Shown one piece after another: positions 12,102 to 25,189 of a stretch of 56,751 nucleotides of DNA; position 1 is the first letter of the stretch, and each line of letters starts with the position of its first letter. The stretch lies in the NCBI GenBank assembly GCA_003427395.1, contig BFEA01000018.1, positions 2,335,344 through 2,392,094 on the forward strand. Direction: 5' to 3'. Position numbers and translations under genes: made by a program. The notes under the pieces were generated by a model. The model did no database searches. It was not told where the DNA came from and saw nothing but the letters and a program-made list of their open reading frames with translations. This DNA comes from Chara braunii (taxonomy: Eukaryota; Plantae; Charophyceae).

Positions 12102-15100
12102 CGCATGTGTGCCTTTCACAGACCATCGACAGAATAAGAGAGAGAGAGAGAGAGAGAGAGTGAGATAGCAAGTGTGTGAGGGAGAGAGAGAGGCAGAAAA
12201 GCGAAGAGAGAGAACAAGAGCTCAGCGAGTGAGGGGGAGGGAGAGGGAGACAGATGGAGAAGCAGCAGGTAAAAAAAAAACACACCTCCACAAACAATTA
12301 GCCGGCAGATTTCCCGAGACCTCAACACTAACATAAAGCGTTCCCGTCGACGAAGAAGATCACTTGAAAACACCACCACCGGGTTTTCTCCCTTAATTTG
12401 CGTTCCTCTTTTATTCCTTATTCTTCTTCCCCCTCTCCTCTCCTCTTCCTCCTCCTCTTCCTCCTCCTCTTCCTTCTCTGGTTTCTCCTCCTTTCTTCTC
12501 CTCTTCTTTCTCGTCCCCTTCCTCCTCCTCCTCCTCCTCCTCCTCCTCCTTCGTTCTAGCGGGATCCGATGACCTTCGCGCTTACCGCTCCTTCTCCACG
12601 ACAAGTTCCTTCAAAACCCGTAAAATGACCCTTTGGCTCACGAGTACACAGTCATTCAATTCACCGTCTCTCTCGTCCTCGTAATCACCCTGAAACCACA
12701 ACCCTTCTCTCACAGATTGCTATCGCCGCACATGCAAGCGTGTCTGATGGTCCCCACCACTCCCAACGCCTCACCCTCTAACTCCATTCCAAAACCCTCG
12801 CGCCTTCGCCATCCCCTTCACCGCTCCCTTCGCCGGACTTTTCCCCCTGCCGTTCTCCACCCTCTGCGAACCGCGCCCGCGCCCCAAATTGCCAGCTCTT
12901 GCTGCTTGTGCCCGCTTGCGCTCGCCGGTGCGACGGATGAAACTAGCGGAACCTCGGTACGCACGCGAGATTGCGCAGGAATACAAGCTGGCAGAAATTT
13001 TCTGCTTCGGAGGAACACCGGGGGCTCGGCTCAAAAGGCCCATCCCAGCCCCCGACCCCCCCGACCCCCCTCCCCTCCGCCTACGGTCTCCCCCTTCCCG
13101 CCACCCGCTGTGACGCGCTGATATCATACCAGTAGTCCACCTACAATTCCTGCCCCCGGGCAGAAAGTCTTCCGCCAGGTCCACTGCTGCCATCCTCGCG
13201 CTGCTCGCGCCACCAGGGCACGTACCAGTCCATTCCATTCCAAGCAAGAACATACCGGCAATCGTTGTGACCACGACCTTGTTGCCCTGAGGCTTTTCCA
13301 CCTCGGGCCCGACAAAACGGGCTCCCGGCAAGTTTGTCTTACAAGTCCAGGCATGGAAATCAGACCACACTTTTGTTATTCCATCGGGCCACTCTCATCC
13401 TATTTACCCCCCACGGGCGGGAAGAACGTGGGGGGTAACAACAATGGGGGCCTGATCCAATACGTTAGGCTGCCTTCCACGCCTTTGGTTAACCCCTGGA
13501 GATGCCCATCTTCGTTTTGTTGTTTCCTCGCAGTCTACCCGGATGGAACCGCTGGGAGCATTACCCAGTTTCACTTACGGGGTGAAACCCCACGGGGACC
13601 AACCCCCAAGACAAACAACAACAGCCAAAACCAACATCATTATCGAACCTATATAGTTGCTTGGCTTCCTCCGGGCCACCCCTAACACGGGGTGGTGGAG
13701 CTCTGGGCTTCTATGAACGAGGCGGCACTCCCAACAGACCCCACTTCCCGCAAACTACTGTCCTCCTACTGAGGAGGATTTAACCAAGCGCCCATGTAAT
13801 TACTCATCACCTAACAACCACTCATCCAATTTCAACTTACCCTCTTGAATCTTGGCCAACCGGCCTTGAATTACCCAGGTCTTTGAAAACTACACCAGAC
13901 ATGCAGCTCCCTGACGAGAGGCAAAGATCTTTCGTCGCCAATCACTCTTGATGTTGCGTCAGATGCGAAGCTTGATTGACGACTTTATTGAATTGTCTGA
14001 GGGGAAGCAACGGTCGAAGACATTTCCATCCGTACGTCCCAACTAACCAAGAACAAACATGCTCTGAGCGCTTGGGCCACGTATCCCCAGCCTTTATCCT
14101 TGGCGAGGTCACCAGGGATTCCACCAAACAAAATTCATTGGTCATCCCATATGAACATTGGGCCACTAATGCGGTCCTAGTGTTCCTTCCACCATTTTCA
14201 AATCCTTTGCGATAAGGGATAGGTTAGCCGAAAATACATGGTAGATTCGGATGGTCAGCGACATCTTGAACAATTAATTTCAACCTTTATACCTCTCTCG
14301 ACCAACCAAACTATCAAGGGGGTTGACAAAAGTGAGAGCAACCAAAGGATAGCGGCGACTACTTTCATTGGCAACTTTTGCAGCTTCACCCAACACCGTT
14401 CTCACATTTTGGCACGTTATACCGTCTACCAATGTGTTGACTTATGACCACCTGCAGACTGTAACAGCGATGGGTGTCCTACTTGTTTGCATGAGGTCGT
14501 AGCCTCTTGCTAAAGAGTAGTCCGATAACCAAACTTCCTGGGGAAATTTCCAAGAGCCCCTCCAATGCCAGAGTTTAGGGTTAAATCTTAGCTTGCGGAC
14601 CGACGTCCTGTTTGCCCACAAAGTGCACTGCCAGTTGCCATCTTGGTTACAAACTTTTCGTACTTTGATTTAGGTCAGGTTCCCCAACGGTTTGCTATGT
14701 AGGAAGGGGATTTTTCCTCCTTGTCCTCTGTGCAGTACAAGTTATCCAATTGTGCATTCTTGATCGAGGGTGGCAAATTAACTCTCAAGCAACCTTGGAA
14801 ATGAGACCTTCGTTATCTTTTATGAAGGTTTCCATATAAACTTGGTCGCTACTCGTCGGACAATCTTGACCAATTGTTTGCCCAGGGCTCTGACAGTCCC
14901 CACGAACCATAAGAGATTGAACAACACTACATTTGTAGTTATGGCCCAGCCAAACAATGATAGGTGTTTGGTTGGGCCTCAAACAAAGATTCTTTGGGCG
15001 ATTCTCTATTGTCGTAGGTCATTTTGAGTTTTCACACATCGTCTCGGGGTCACTTACACTACTAAATATCGCTCAACATTGCCAATGGCAATGCATTTCA

Positions 15101-15492
15101 CGCCCCATTCAATAGTTGGAGTGAATCCAATAGGAAGGAAATACATAAATTTAGATCAATTAACTATAGCCTTTGACAAATTTGAGTACTCTACTAAGCA
15201 TAATTTCAACCCTTCTATAATAAATTACAACTTTTTTTTTTTTTTTTTTTTTGCTAAAGACGGTTCATTCATATGCAAAATTCAAACACGAGGCAGAAAC
15301 CTCACAATTCAACCCGAAGTTATCCTGAGAGCATTACTTGGTTTCGCTTAAGCTACTTGAAACATAACAAATGATTTTGTATCACTTATCCTACCCCAAT
15401 GCTCCCTTATCTACCCTACCGACATATATTACCCTTAGATTAACCCATTTTGTCATAGACTACTTCTTCACAAACCTTGTTCGGTCTGACAA

Positions 15493-15842
15493 CTAGTCTA
15501 TTCGACTGGTTGCAACCACTATTCCTTTGTAACTGCAACACTCTCAACCCTCCTCCTTTTCACAGCCTATTGTGGCTAGCACCGAACCAAGTGTTGTGGC
15601 TCAAACTACACTATCTAGTGTACATGAAGAATCGATGCAAGCTTTGGGGGAAGGGCCCGGGATAAGTGACCAGGGGGGAAGACTACTACACCCAGTCTAT
15701 TCGACTGGTTTGAACCATCATTCCTCTGTAATTGCGACACTATCCACCCTCTTTTTTTTCACAGCCTATTATGGCTAACACTGAAGAATTGATGCACGCT
15801 TGGGGGGAAGGGATAAGTGAGCAGGGGGGAAGACTATTACAA
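15493..15842. repeat. About 200-bp direct tandem duplication
   Basis: agtctattcgactggtt...ggggggaagactactac occurs twice. Confidence 0.8.
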
Positions 15843-16630
15843 GATACCTAATATGTTGAGATTTACCTAAAGTTGAGATGATATTTTGTTGAGAAGGCCT
15901 CCTGAAAGCTAGCCTGTTGTAGAGGGTGGTCTACTACTAGGAGTTGACCAACTATAAAGAATGACCTGGTATTGCGTTTGGGCCAACGTCAAAGGTCGGT
16001 TAAGGACAAATTTGTTGTCAGAAGGAGATCAACTAGGAGGGGTGAGGAGGGCCTAATGACATGTTGGAAGACGAGTATGCGGCGATAGAGAACTCAGTCG
16101 CCTCGACTGCAACAACGCCTATGTGTATTTTTAAGGGTACAAGAGTATCAAAGTCCTCTTCATGCGAGTCTAAGGGAACAATTTTGATATCTTGAGTGAC
16201 TATGACTTCTTTATGCGCCCTTCTTCCTCTCAGTCTAGTCCGGGTTTGAGAGAGGAAGGCAGCAAGTGGGATGGCAATTCACGGATTGCCTGTGGAAGTT
16301 GATCCACTGATTGCGGGAGCTCCACCGGAACTCATGAGGGTGTTATGTTTTGTTCTTATTGGACACTTATTATTGTTTTTTCCTGTGCTCCTTCACTTCT
16401 TCAACTTCTTATTTTCTTTCTCTCTCCCTCGCTTCCTTTTCTGTCATTTCTTCTTTGAGAGGGTTGTCACGGTGACCATGGGCATAAGTGGTGACGGTCA
16501 CGAGCATGGGTATAAAAGCAAATACAATTGCAAGCGTGAAGGCGACTACATAGCGTGAAAGTAACTACAGACGTAACCGTGACACGAAAGCGATCTTCAT
16601 ACGTGAAATCAACTGCAGATGTAAACATGG

Positions 16631-17600
16631 TGTCGCGCACATCGGTCTCATGAGGACCCTCCCGCCCGCGTCATGCAAAATTTTGGCATTCGGGACGCAA
16701 AAGCATTGAAGCAGTGACGCTTCGATCGAGTGCATCAGCCACACCTCTCACGAGAACCTGCGATAGGACAAAGCCTCGTGAGGTATAACCTACCTCCACC
16801 CATGGGAGTTGCCACCATCCCTACGTGGTCGTATCCTCGCCGAGCTACTGATCCGAGAGCTTTTACTTGCATTTGGAAAGGTGGGCACATGAGGGTGTTT
16901 CTCGTGCGCTATAGCGAAGGGGGTACGTGCGCTTAATGGTCAAATCTAGCCTGCACGTAAACTGACGCCTTGGGCGCTGATCTCTTAAGGCACTGCCCTG
17001 CGCCGGTCGAATACGATATCCGATGTAACCACACGATATCTGGCCACGAACACATATTTAAGAACATAGTCCGGCCTCATTACTTCGTCTTATAATTTCT
17101 TTGCTAACTGAGCGATCAATTATCCCCCGCACGACTTCGGATAAGTAGCAGGGCAGCGTAGGCGGCGTCATAACCACCTACTATGCAAAAATGTATGAGC
17201 GCCCAATATGACGACGTATTATGTGGTGCCCATGATCGTGCAACTCTTCATGGTATAGAGGGTTGCATTTAATACTCAAGTGCTGGCTTGCACACGTGCT
17301 AAGAGGTTAACCTTTTGACGCCAAACGATTGTGGATGCGGTTGCTCACCCTACCTGCAGAAGAGTGGTAGGGGTCGCTCTACTAACAAGAATTCGTGTGC
17401 TGCAATTTGCGATGCCTCAACTTTCTTCTATATAACATCCACATCCCAGCATACAAATCCTAACAAGAAATCTAAATTGTTTTGTAAGCACAAACGTACG
17501 ACCGTTATAAGCTCTTCTCAACTTCGCCTATAACCACCGTGCAAACAAAATTGTTGAATCTTTCAAACATAAGGTTGTGTGTCGTTAAACCACCACTATC
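16631..17600 (-). mobile_element. Partial LTR of the window's main LTR-retrotransposon family
   Basis: Starts tgtcgcgcacatcggtc...gaccctccc, the terminus shared with 17606, 25190, 25625, 52629 and (inverted) 40913. Confidence 0.55.
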
Positions 17601-17605
17601 CCTGT

Positions 17606-18641
17606 TGTCGAACGCATTGGCCCCGCAAGGGAACCCTCTCTGTCACGTCACGCAGAATTTTGCAGGACTTCGTCGCAAAGCGTTGCCGCTCTGACAGAGT
17701 GCTAGCCATACCTTTCGCGAACCCCTACGACAAGATAAGGTCACGCAAGGTATATCTTATCTCCACTTATGGGAATTGGGTGTATCCCCATTGAGCTACC
17801 AAACCACGTACGAAAGTTTTTCGTATGCGATCGCAAAGATGACTTGATCGATGACATTTCTTGTTCGTTGTAGCATAGCGGGTAAGTGCGGTTAACGCCC
17901 GAATCGGACCTAGGTGCGAAACATCGTCCGAGACGCTGATCTCCCGAACGAGATCCTACTTCAGTCGATTAAGATGACAAATCTAACCGCGCGACACTCT
18001 TCACAAAACAAAATCATGCTTCACACATAAATTGCGCCTAGACTCTTGTTCACATTCGACGTTTAAGGATTTTGAGGTTCGTGTTTGACACTCAAGCGTT
18101 GGATGACACACGTCCAGAGGGGTTAATCCCTCAGCACTAGACAATCGTAAGTGCGATTGCGAGACCTACCCTCTTCTGCACCCTGTGGGAGGAGGTGTAG
18201 GCGTGCTTTGGGCCGTAGTGGTGGTCAAACGCCTCCAACTCTGGGAAGGAGATTCCATCGTCGGAGGTCATGAAACAGATCAGGGGGGTTGGCTTTGACA
18301 ACCGCCACGGACCTCAACGTCCATCTATAAAAATCTAAAAAGCAGAAAATAAAAAGGGATCTCTCATTTTTCTCGATGCAAATTTGCTCAATCCTTACAT
18401 ATGATGAAAAATATATCGAGTAAATACATAAAAATATAAATATAACAGGGTTATAGGACACGAGGCAATCATTCTCGCAACCCCAATGTGACTTCCCTCG
18501 AAGTATACACATTATCGCAGACGAAGTCAAATCCGGACTTCAACTCACAAAACATATTTGCAATTACATCAAAAATTCAACATTAACAAACCACACACTA
18601 CTGTAACACGGGGTCAACTATAACCATTTTATGCACTCACA
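17606..18641 (-). mobile_element. Putative 3' LTR (TG...CA) preceded by a short polypurine tract
   Basis: Minus strand reads aagggg|TGTGAGTG...cgttcgACA. Colinear with 39681-40913 (inverted) and 52629-54805. Confidence 0.6.
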
Positions 18642-19076
18642 CCCCTTGACTTATTCACACAAGCCTCAACTTTTATCCAACCTTCTAAAAGAAAATACTC
18701 AGTCATTTTTAAATGCCTATTTAATAAATGTCCGGGAAAAACCCAAAGAAATATTTTACTTACAAGGGCTAAAGCCTTAGGTTGAGTAGCGACAATGAGT
18801 TAGAGTTGAGCCGAGAACCGACCTGTTATCAAATAACAGAAGATGATCATTGTAGGATCAGCCTTAAGCTAGTCAAGCCTTGAAACACTATGAAATAAAA
18901 TGACATGCAACACAACGCAGGTTAGTGCCTAAGCTATGCTTGAGTAAGTGAGAGATAATCCTATTTTTATATCTCATTCCTTATATTTATCTAAAAATAT
19001 CAAGAATTTTGCCAGCATCTCTTCTAGCCGGGGTAGATCATAAAAACTTTAAAATTCCTAAAATATTATAACTCCC

Positions 19077-19336
19077 TAGGCTACCAGTCGGGCCGCCCGG
19101 GTCACCCTATTTTTTCGGGTGGCCCGGTCGTGCAAGAACCATGAAATAAAAATATCGAAAAAATTTGAAAAACAACTATGTTGTGCAAAAAAATAAACTA
19201 AACAACTTTTGTTCCTGGGACACATCAATTTTTTTTACCAAATTTTAAATAAAATATTAAATTATAAAAAAACTATTATTATTATTATTATTTTTTGGTC
19301 GGTTGGCAAGTGGTCTCATACCACTTTGGTAACCTA
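19077..19336. mobile_element. MITE of the same family as 273-556
   Basis: taggctaccag...ttggtaaccta, flanked by an imperfect duplication aactccc/aactcct. Confidence 0.75.
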
Positions 19337-19965
19337 AACTCCTCTATATTTCAAGAAATTATGGCAGCACTTCCCGTACCTTCACATAATCTATATAAGA
19401 CTAAATATGAAAAGTTCGGGAAATTTTCAACTCCAGAAAACTAAAATTTATCTAACTCCTTGGTTTAGCAAAAATTTGGGCAGCATTTCCTATAAGAAAA
19501 TTTATCCATAAATTTATACTAATTTAAATTTGAGTCAGATAAAACTTTTAACATTTTTAAAGAAAAAAATTATCCAACTTTCTAAATTATTATAAATTTT
19601 GGTAGCATCTTCTTCAGACAGGGTAGTTTCCCATATGTATACTGATTCGGAAAAATATGAGGTAGACAACGCCCATAACTTTACTTTATAAAAATTTGTG
19701 TAACTCTTTAAATTGGTAAAAATTTGGGTAACATCTCCCCTACAAAAAGTAGCTTCCCAGATTTATACCAATCCAAAAGTGAGTTAGGCAATTCAATTAT
19801 ATAAAGTCTGAAAAATCACATAACTCCTTAGATGTGGTAGGAATTTGGGCAGCACCACCTTTAGGGGAGTTGATATCCCAAATCGTACAAGTCTAAGTCT
19901 TAAAACATAAGATAATGAGAAAATCAAAGTTACCTCATATTGCTCCAGCGCACTGCGAGCTTTAA

Positions 19966-20582
19966 ACCACAAGTACACCCGCATATGTTTTAAACGAACC
20001 TGAATTGTAGTGCATACTGAGTTTTGTCGAGTTTGGGTCCCGTTGTATTTTCTTTACTCGTACTTCTCCCAAATGAACAACGTGAAAAAAAAAAAAAAAA
20101 AAAAAAAAACGCAGCAACGTTATGAACGAGAAAGCAGTTGGATACAAAATCAGGGGTCGGTGTGAGAGTATGTCCTTAGTGAGGGCTTTTATAACTTCGC
20201 ATTCATCATGAACGTTATTTTCAGAAATCAAAAGCAAAAAATAAAAAAACAACAACAATATGGACGTGAAACCAATTAGGTATAGAATCTGAGTATGTGC
20301 CCTCTTTGACAAGGTGTCAGAAGTCCTTGCAATGCTCACTGCCTTGCTGGCAGAGAGCCGAAAAGAACGAAAAAAAAAACCTTAATATAAGTCACAAATG
20401 TGGTTACATTCGTTCTTAAATGTTTTAGTATGAGCACACCTCCTTCAGGGTCTTCTCCAACGTCGTTCATTAATTTGAATTTTTTTTTTTTTTTTTTTTT
20501 GCCGACCCTGCATGGACCTCTGATTTTTTCGGAATGAGTTGTTTTCAATGAATTTCTTTCGCCTAGGCGGTGTACTTGTGGT
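19966..20582. mobile_element. Non-autonomous DNA transposon with TTAA/TTTAAA TSD (piggyBac-like)
   Basis: tttaa|accacaagtacacc ... ggtgtacttgtggt|ttaaa. The homologous site near 55725 lacks the insertion. Confidence 0.75.
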
Positions 20583-20749
20583 TTAAAGCAACTACCTATC
20601 AACTCAAAAACTCAAAATAAGCGAAACTCATACTCAATCTACATGCAAGTCCATGCCACAATCTCACCAAAACTCCAAGTTGTTTTTCACATAAGTAGTT
20701 TATTAAGTCTTACATAGATAAACTCCAATACCCTTGCTAACATATGGCA

Positions 20750-21300
20750 TAAAGGATTAAACCATTCAACTTATAAACAATATATAGTCTTGCTTCACTT
20801 ATAGACAAACCTTTCAACTTAGAAACTCTGTCTGACTAGCTTGTTCATATAAGATATATAATATATAATGTAGAAACAACTATGCTCCTATGCCCTGTTG
20901 CATGTGTTGCTTCTTATACCAAGTCATTCAACTTAGTAGAAATAATACTTAATCTCCGCCTAGGTTCCACCAGGAGGAATAGAGTACGAGTTGAGTCATT
21001 GAACTTCGAAACAATACTAAACTTTTACCCTCACACTTAAAAAAAAATAAGGATCCCTCAACCATTCAACTTAGAAACTTGCGCAGGGTTCGTTCAGACC
21101 CCCCCCAAAAAAAAATTGCATTTGGGTCAAACCATTCAATTTAGAAATAATGCTTGACCTAAAAAACAAACAATACATGCCCTAAAATAAAGCCACAATA
21201 ACCATACCATTCAACAGATAAGCAGTTTCTGACCCATTAAAAAACAAATAAAAAAAACATAGCAGCCAAACCATTCAACTTAGAAATATGCCTGACCCTT
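20750..21300 (+). repeat. Array of about 8 CCATTCAACTTAGAAAC(AATG) hairpin units
   Basis: Cores at about 20762, 20810, 20924, 20996, 21062, 21132, 21207 and 21271. Several have complementary flanks, e.g. tttgggtcaa / ttgacctaaa. Confidence 0.75.
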
Positions 21301-23409
21301 TTGTGAACCACAATCTCAATCAAAATCACCTTCCTCCCACCTTTCCCCAATTCATCCTTATTTATCTGATTTCAGACAACAGTGCAAAGTGAGATTCACA
21401 CAAACTTCTCTCTTACTTAATCTATTTTAGTTTAAGAAATAATCAATAACACATAAGGTTGCATGCATACATATAATTCAAATTTAGAAGGATGTAATCG
21501 ATAGAGGAATAGCGGGTTCACACAAGGCAAAAAAGATATACTTGACAATTCCCTGCTTCTAGGACTTCTCCTGAGTCCCGTCAGGGCTCCCGCAATCGAT
21601 GGATGAACATCCCCGTCGTCTTCCTTTTCAAACTACATATTAGGTTGAGAGTGAGAAAGATAAAGGAAAAAAATTATGTTTTTGTTGAGCTTATCTTTGA
21701 ACGCCCACATTATCTTCCACCAGATGTGCTGCATTGGCCACCACCCGACTTTAACAACAATACGGTTACGAGTAGCAACACCAATATTACCATGGTAATG
21801 AGCATCAACTGCAAACCCTAACAAGAGGTAGGATCGGTAGCAGCAAGTCTGACTCCTTCCTCAAGTGTGCAAGGTAAGAATGAATCCTCCCCAATCACTT
21901 GGGAAGACACCCTCCTGCTATGAGCAAACAGTTATTCAACACTAACCGAACAACTGGTGAATCCTTCTCTCCCTTTAACGCACCCGGCTCGAGCCCTCAG
22001 CTACGTGAATGCAAAGTTTAGCCTAGTAGGAATAAACGATCGCTATGTAGGAGGGCATCCTGATGAGCCTTTGCAGGAAGACACGCTCTAAGGTTGAAGA
22101 CTATAATTAAGGCGCACACGACGAACCCGCTTCAATGAGGATGAAAACAATGACCGGCATCACGAAGACGAAAGCCACGCTATCGATGATAGTCACAATG
22201 TAGGGAAGAAGATAATGGCCAACGGTGGAGGCAATCACGTTCTTGGGAAGTTTTGAATACGACCACGATCTCAACGAGCGCAAAATGAGAATGTATCTTC
22301 CGCTAACACATGGGAAGGTTCATCCTCGATTTTGCCTCCTCGTACCAGGTATGTCTTCCCTCTCCCCCTGCCTCTTGAATTTTTCTTCCTCCTCGACTCG
22401 TTGCCCCTCCTATATTTAGTTCTCAATTTTTTTCCTTATTTCGTTCATCCGTTTTTCCGCCATTTACCTCTTCTTCTTGTCTATCTCTCCGTTGTCCTCC
22501 CCTACCTTCTACGTACCCAATCGACTTCCCAGTCGGGCTCACAAAATCCTAATGGGCGCAACGAAGTCAAGCAAACTTGCGCAGGAAGAGGGTCGCTATC
22601 GGACTGATGACGATTAATAGGATAGAGACAATTGACAATGTTGAGACGACCCTGATCACGAGAGAAACTGAGACGAAGAACACGATTAGCAGCAACACGA
22701 TCTCACCTACACACTTACCATATGTGCAAAATGAGATAGAATCCTCCACAATTCTTGGTTGGTTGCAGCGCCCGCGCATTCACCCATGGGTGCGCTTTCT
22801 ACCTGGCAAAATGAGAATTAATCTTTCGCTAGAATATGGTTGGATGCATGCTGTCGGAGTCGCCCTGTCACTCTACCTTTTAGGTACGTATTCCTTTCTC
22901 CTACTCTGCCCCCACTCGAGCTCTCTTTCGTTACCTCCATCGAACCGTACCACTCCACTCGTAGCCCCTAACACCAACGCTGATTAAATCGCTTGCCTAT
23001 CGTCAAAGCTGACAAAGTGTCAAAAACACCCTACTTACCACTTTAGTTTGCTTAATTTCATTGAGAATCCAGTGAAATCTATGTTTCTTACTGACGCCAT
23101 ACCCACGTTCACGACATCTCTGCGCACCTCTTCTTTCCGCTAACTCCTCCTCCTATGCCCCAATCCCAAAACTAACACAACCATCACACTTGCGATGGCC
23201 GACCCCCCCCCCCAACATTTTGGTTTGCCCGATTCCATCGAGGAACGGACAAAGAAAAAGCTTTTCCCCCTTTACGATATCTGCTCATGACAATATTCAT
23301 AATCTCCACCTCTGCCTCTAAACGTACCTGACGCAGATCTGCTTTCAGGTTTATTCCTCTCTAAGTTAGCGCACTGCAGCATGACTAGCAATGCGCTAAA
23401 CTGGTTAAC

Positions 23410-23650
23410 AACTCCACCTACCCTAAGAAAAACATCGGAGGGAACCAACTGCTGGGTGGTTCGATTAGTCTTTCGCTCCTGCACCCAAGATCGATGAACG
23501 ACTCGCACGTCAGTATCGCAGCAAGCGCCGACCACAACTGGCCTCCAACCTCACTTTGCTCAGGCATAGTTCACCATCTTCTGTGTGGCAATCATCATGC
23601 ATGCTCACACTCAAACCTCTCACGACAAATCTCGGTTGGTGTATTGCGCA
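23410..23650 (-). pseudogene. Degenerate 28S/26S rRNA fragment (D3 and downstream core)
   Basis: Plus strand cggagggaaccaactgct...ggttcgattagtctttcgc...gcacgtcagtatcgc...gctcaggcatagttcaccatctt matches the reverse complement of conserved LSU rRNA. Confidence 0.9.
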
Positions 23651-23783
23651 TCTAAGGTAAACACCCTGATACTCCCCCTCTTCGCCTTCTTCCTTCCTTT
23701 CCCCTCTCCTGCGAATGTCAAATCCTTCTCCTTCGCGGTCAGACATCTTCCTCGTTTGCAGTATTTACAAAAGCATAGAAGGG

Positions 23784-23882
23784 AAAAAAAAATTGACGTC
23801 CGACCTACTTGTATCATCCTTGCACATGGTTCATGCTAATCTTCTCTGTATTATTCCAATTTAAACGGATGTTCCGAAGGAC
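23784..23882 (-). pseudogene. U6: U6 snRNA-like copy, near full length, degenerate
   Basis: GTCCTTCGGAACATCCGTTTAAATTGGAATAATACAGAGAAGATTAGCATGAACCATGTGCAAGGATGA...T9. The ACAGAGA box and AGC triad are present; the internal stem-loop and 3' end are diverged. Confidence 0.9.
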
Positions 23883-23957
23883 AAGGTCGGTGCACGACCC
23901 TATCATCTTTAGGCTGATTGAGCCCATGTAACTCAAAATTATAGTATTTTACTTATC

Positions 23958-24029
23958 TGCTTCCAGCCGAGCTTGAACTTAGATCTAAATTTCGATAGTT
24001 CAAGAGGGTACCAACTAAGCTAGGCTGGT
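23958..24029 (-). pseudogene. tRNA-like remnant, isotype not assignable
   Basis: A-box-like TAGCTTAGTTGG and B-box-like AGTTCAAGCTC, ending GGAAGCA. Homologous to 44715-44793. Confidence 0.5.
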
Positions 24030-24204
24030 TGTATCTAGCACTGGTCTTGAAACCGGTATCGGTGCCATATCCCCAAAAATGAGACCAGTGATTAGAAAAA
24101 AAAAAAGAAAAAATGGAAAGGGGAGAAATGATGCATAGGAGGAGGGAGAGTCGTCGACATCCACCTCGGTCTCACCAATCGGGACCACGGTCGGGACCGA
24201 CAAT

Positions 24205-24352
24205 AAAACCAAAAGGGATAGTCCCGCCGAACCCTCAACCCCTTGGTTTCCTTCAGGCCGATTCTTCGCTCTCTTGTCGTCGTTCGCTGACCTCGATCCC
24301 TGAGTTTGCAAGGTGAAAGTATGATAGCGTAACCAATAGTGCTATGCCCAAG
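24205..24352 (-). ncRNA. tRNA-Glu/Gln-like head plus hairpin and T4 (SINE-like Pol III unit), copy 1
   Basis: TAGCACTATTGGTTA...CTTTCAC...GGGATCGAGGTC with upstream ATTTATATAG. Homologous to the units at 32111 and 43658. Confidence 0.55.
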
Positions 24353-25189
24353 GTCGGGATTAACACTAGCGCACGTCTATATAAATGGGTGTCGTAAGGC
24401 GCATGGACCTAATGAAACACACCAAGGTCAAACCTTGGTTTAGCGACTAGACTTACGGCAAACGCTTCCCTATGCTTGCTGCGCAAAGGGGGCGAGCTCC
24501 ACTCTTAGCCACGACACATATCGCCCATCACACTAAAGTCTCTAGTTCCCCAAGTATCATATTTTCTTTAGGCGTCACAAACCCGACACTTCACCAAGTA
24601 GAAGAGTAGTAAATTTCTTTTTAAAAGTGGTGTCAGTAGCCAAACCTTTTAGCGTCGATCCTTGATGTGTGTCACCCTTGTCTGCGCGCATGTGCCACGG
24701 TCGAGCATACTGACCACGAAAAAAGATAATTTAATCATAATTTAATTGAAAACAAAAGTTGGCTGACAGATTCACCGACTCTATAACATTAATAAGAAAA
24801 AAATCATGCGCGCCTCAAATTTGTGCGCCTACACGCTCTCTATTTTTTTTCTCAAACTGATAGTTTGTTACAAAAAGAAAATTGGTCGTGGCTCACATGA
24901 CCCACCCAATTTTCACATTCAACTTTTAATTCATATCTCGTTTTTTCCACTTGCAAAAACCATACCAGATACCCTTGTAAGGGTATTCGCCCCAACCCCG
25001 CCTCCCGAAATTGGCCTTCCCTGGCCTTACAGAGCACTTTCTGCAATAGGTCAGTGCCCAACAGGTTGCAGTGGCCAGAGTCTCGTTTATCGTCAAGGTG
25101 GGACTTCGACCGACAACTTGCGGTAGGTGCGGCGGTAGTGATAATGGGCGGGGTCGGCCGCGAAAACTTTTCAATTCTTTCGGGCGAGG

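Larger units (their letters stand above)
18650..21700 (-). mobile_element. 3' internal region of the LTR element: about 120-bp repeats, hairpin array and possible antisense ORF start
   Basis: Colinear with 54810-56240. The aactcc...aatttgggcagca...ttcc units recur here, at 55230-55620, and inverted at about 49900-50200. Confidence 0.6.

Noticed and set aside
13910-13940. CTGACGAG hammerhead-like core
   Set aside because: No GAAA box after the stem.
14553-15027. Decayed protein-coding frame
   Set aside because: Stop density is close to random expectation and no motif was recognised.
23784-23882. Functional U6 gene
   Set aside because: The internal stem-loop and 3' region are diverged, no clear TATA lies upstream, and it is embedded in a repeat.
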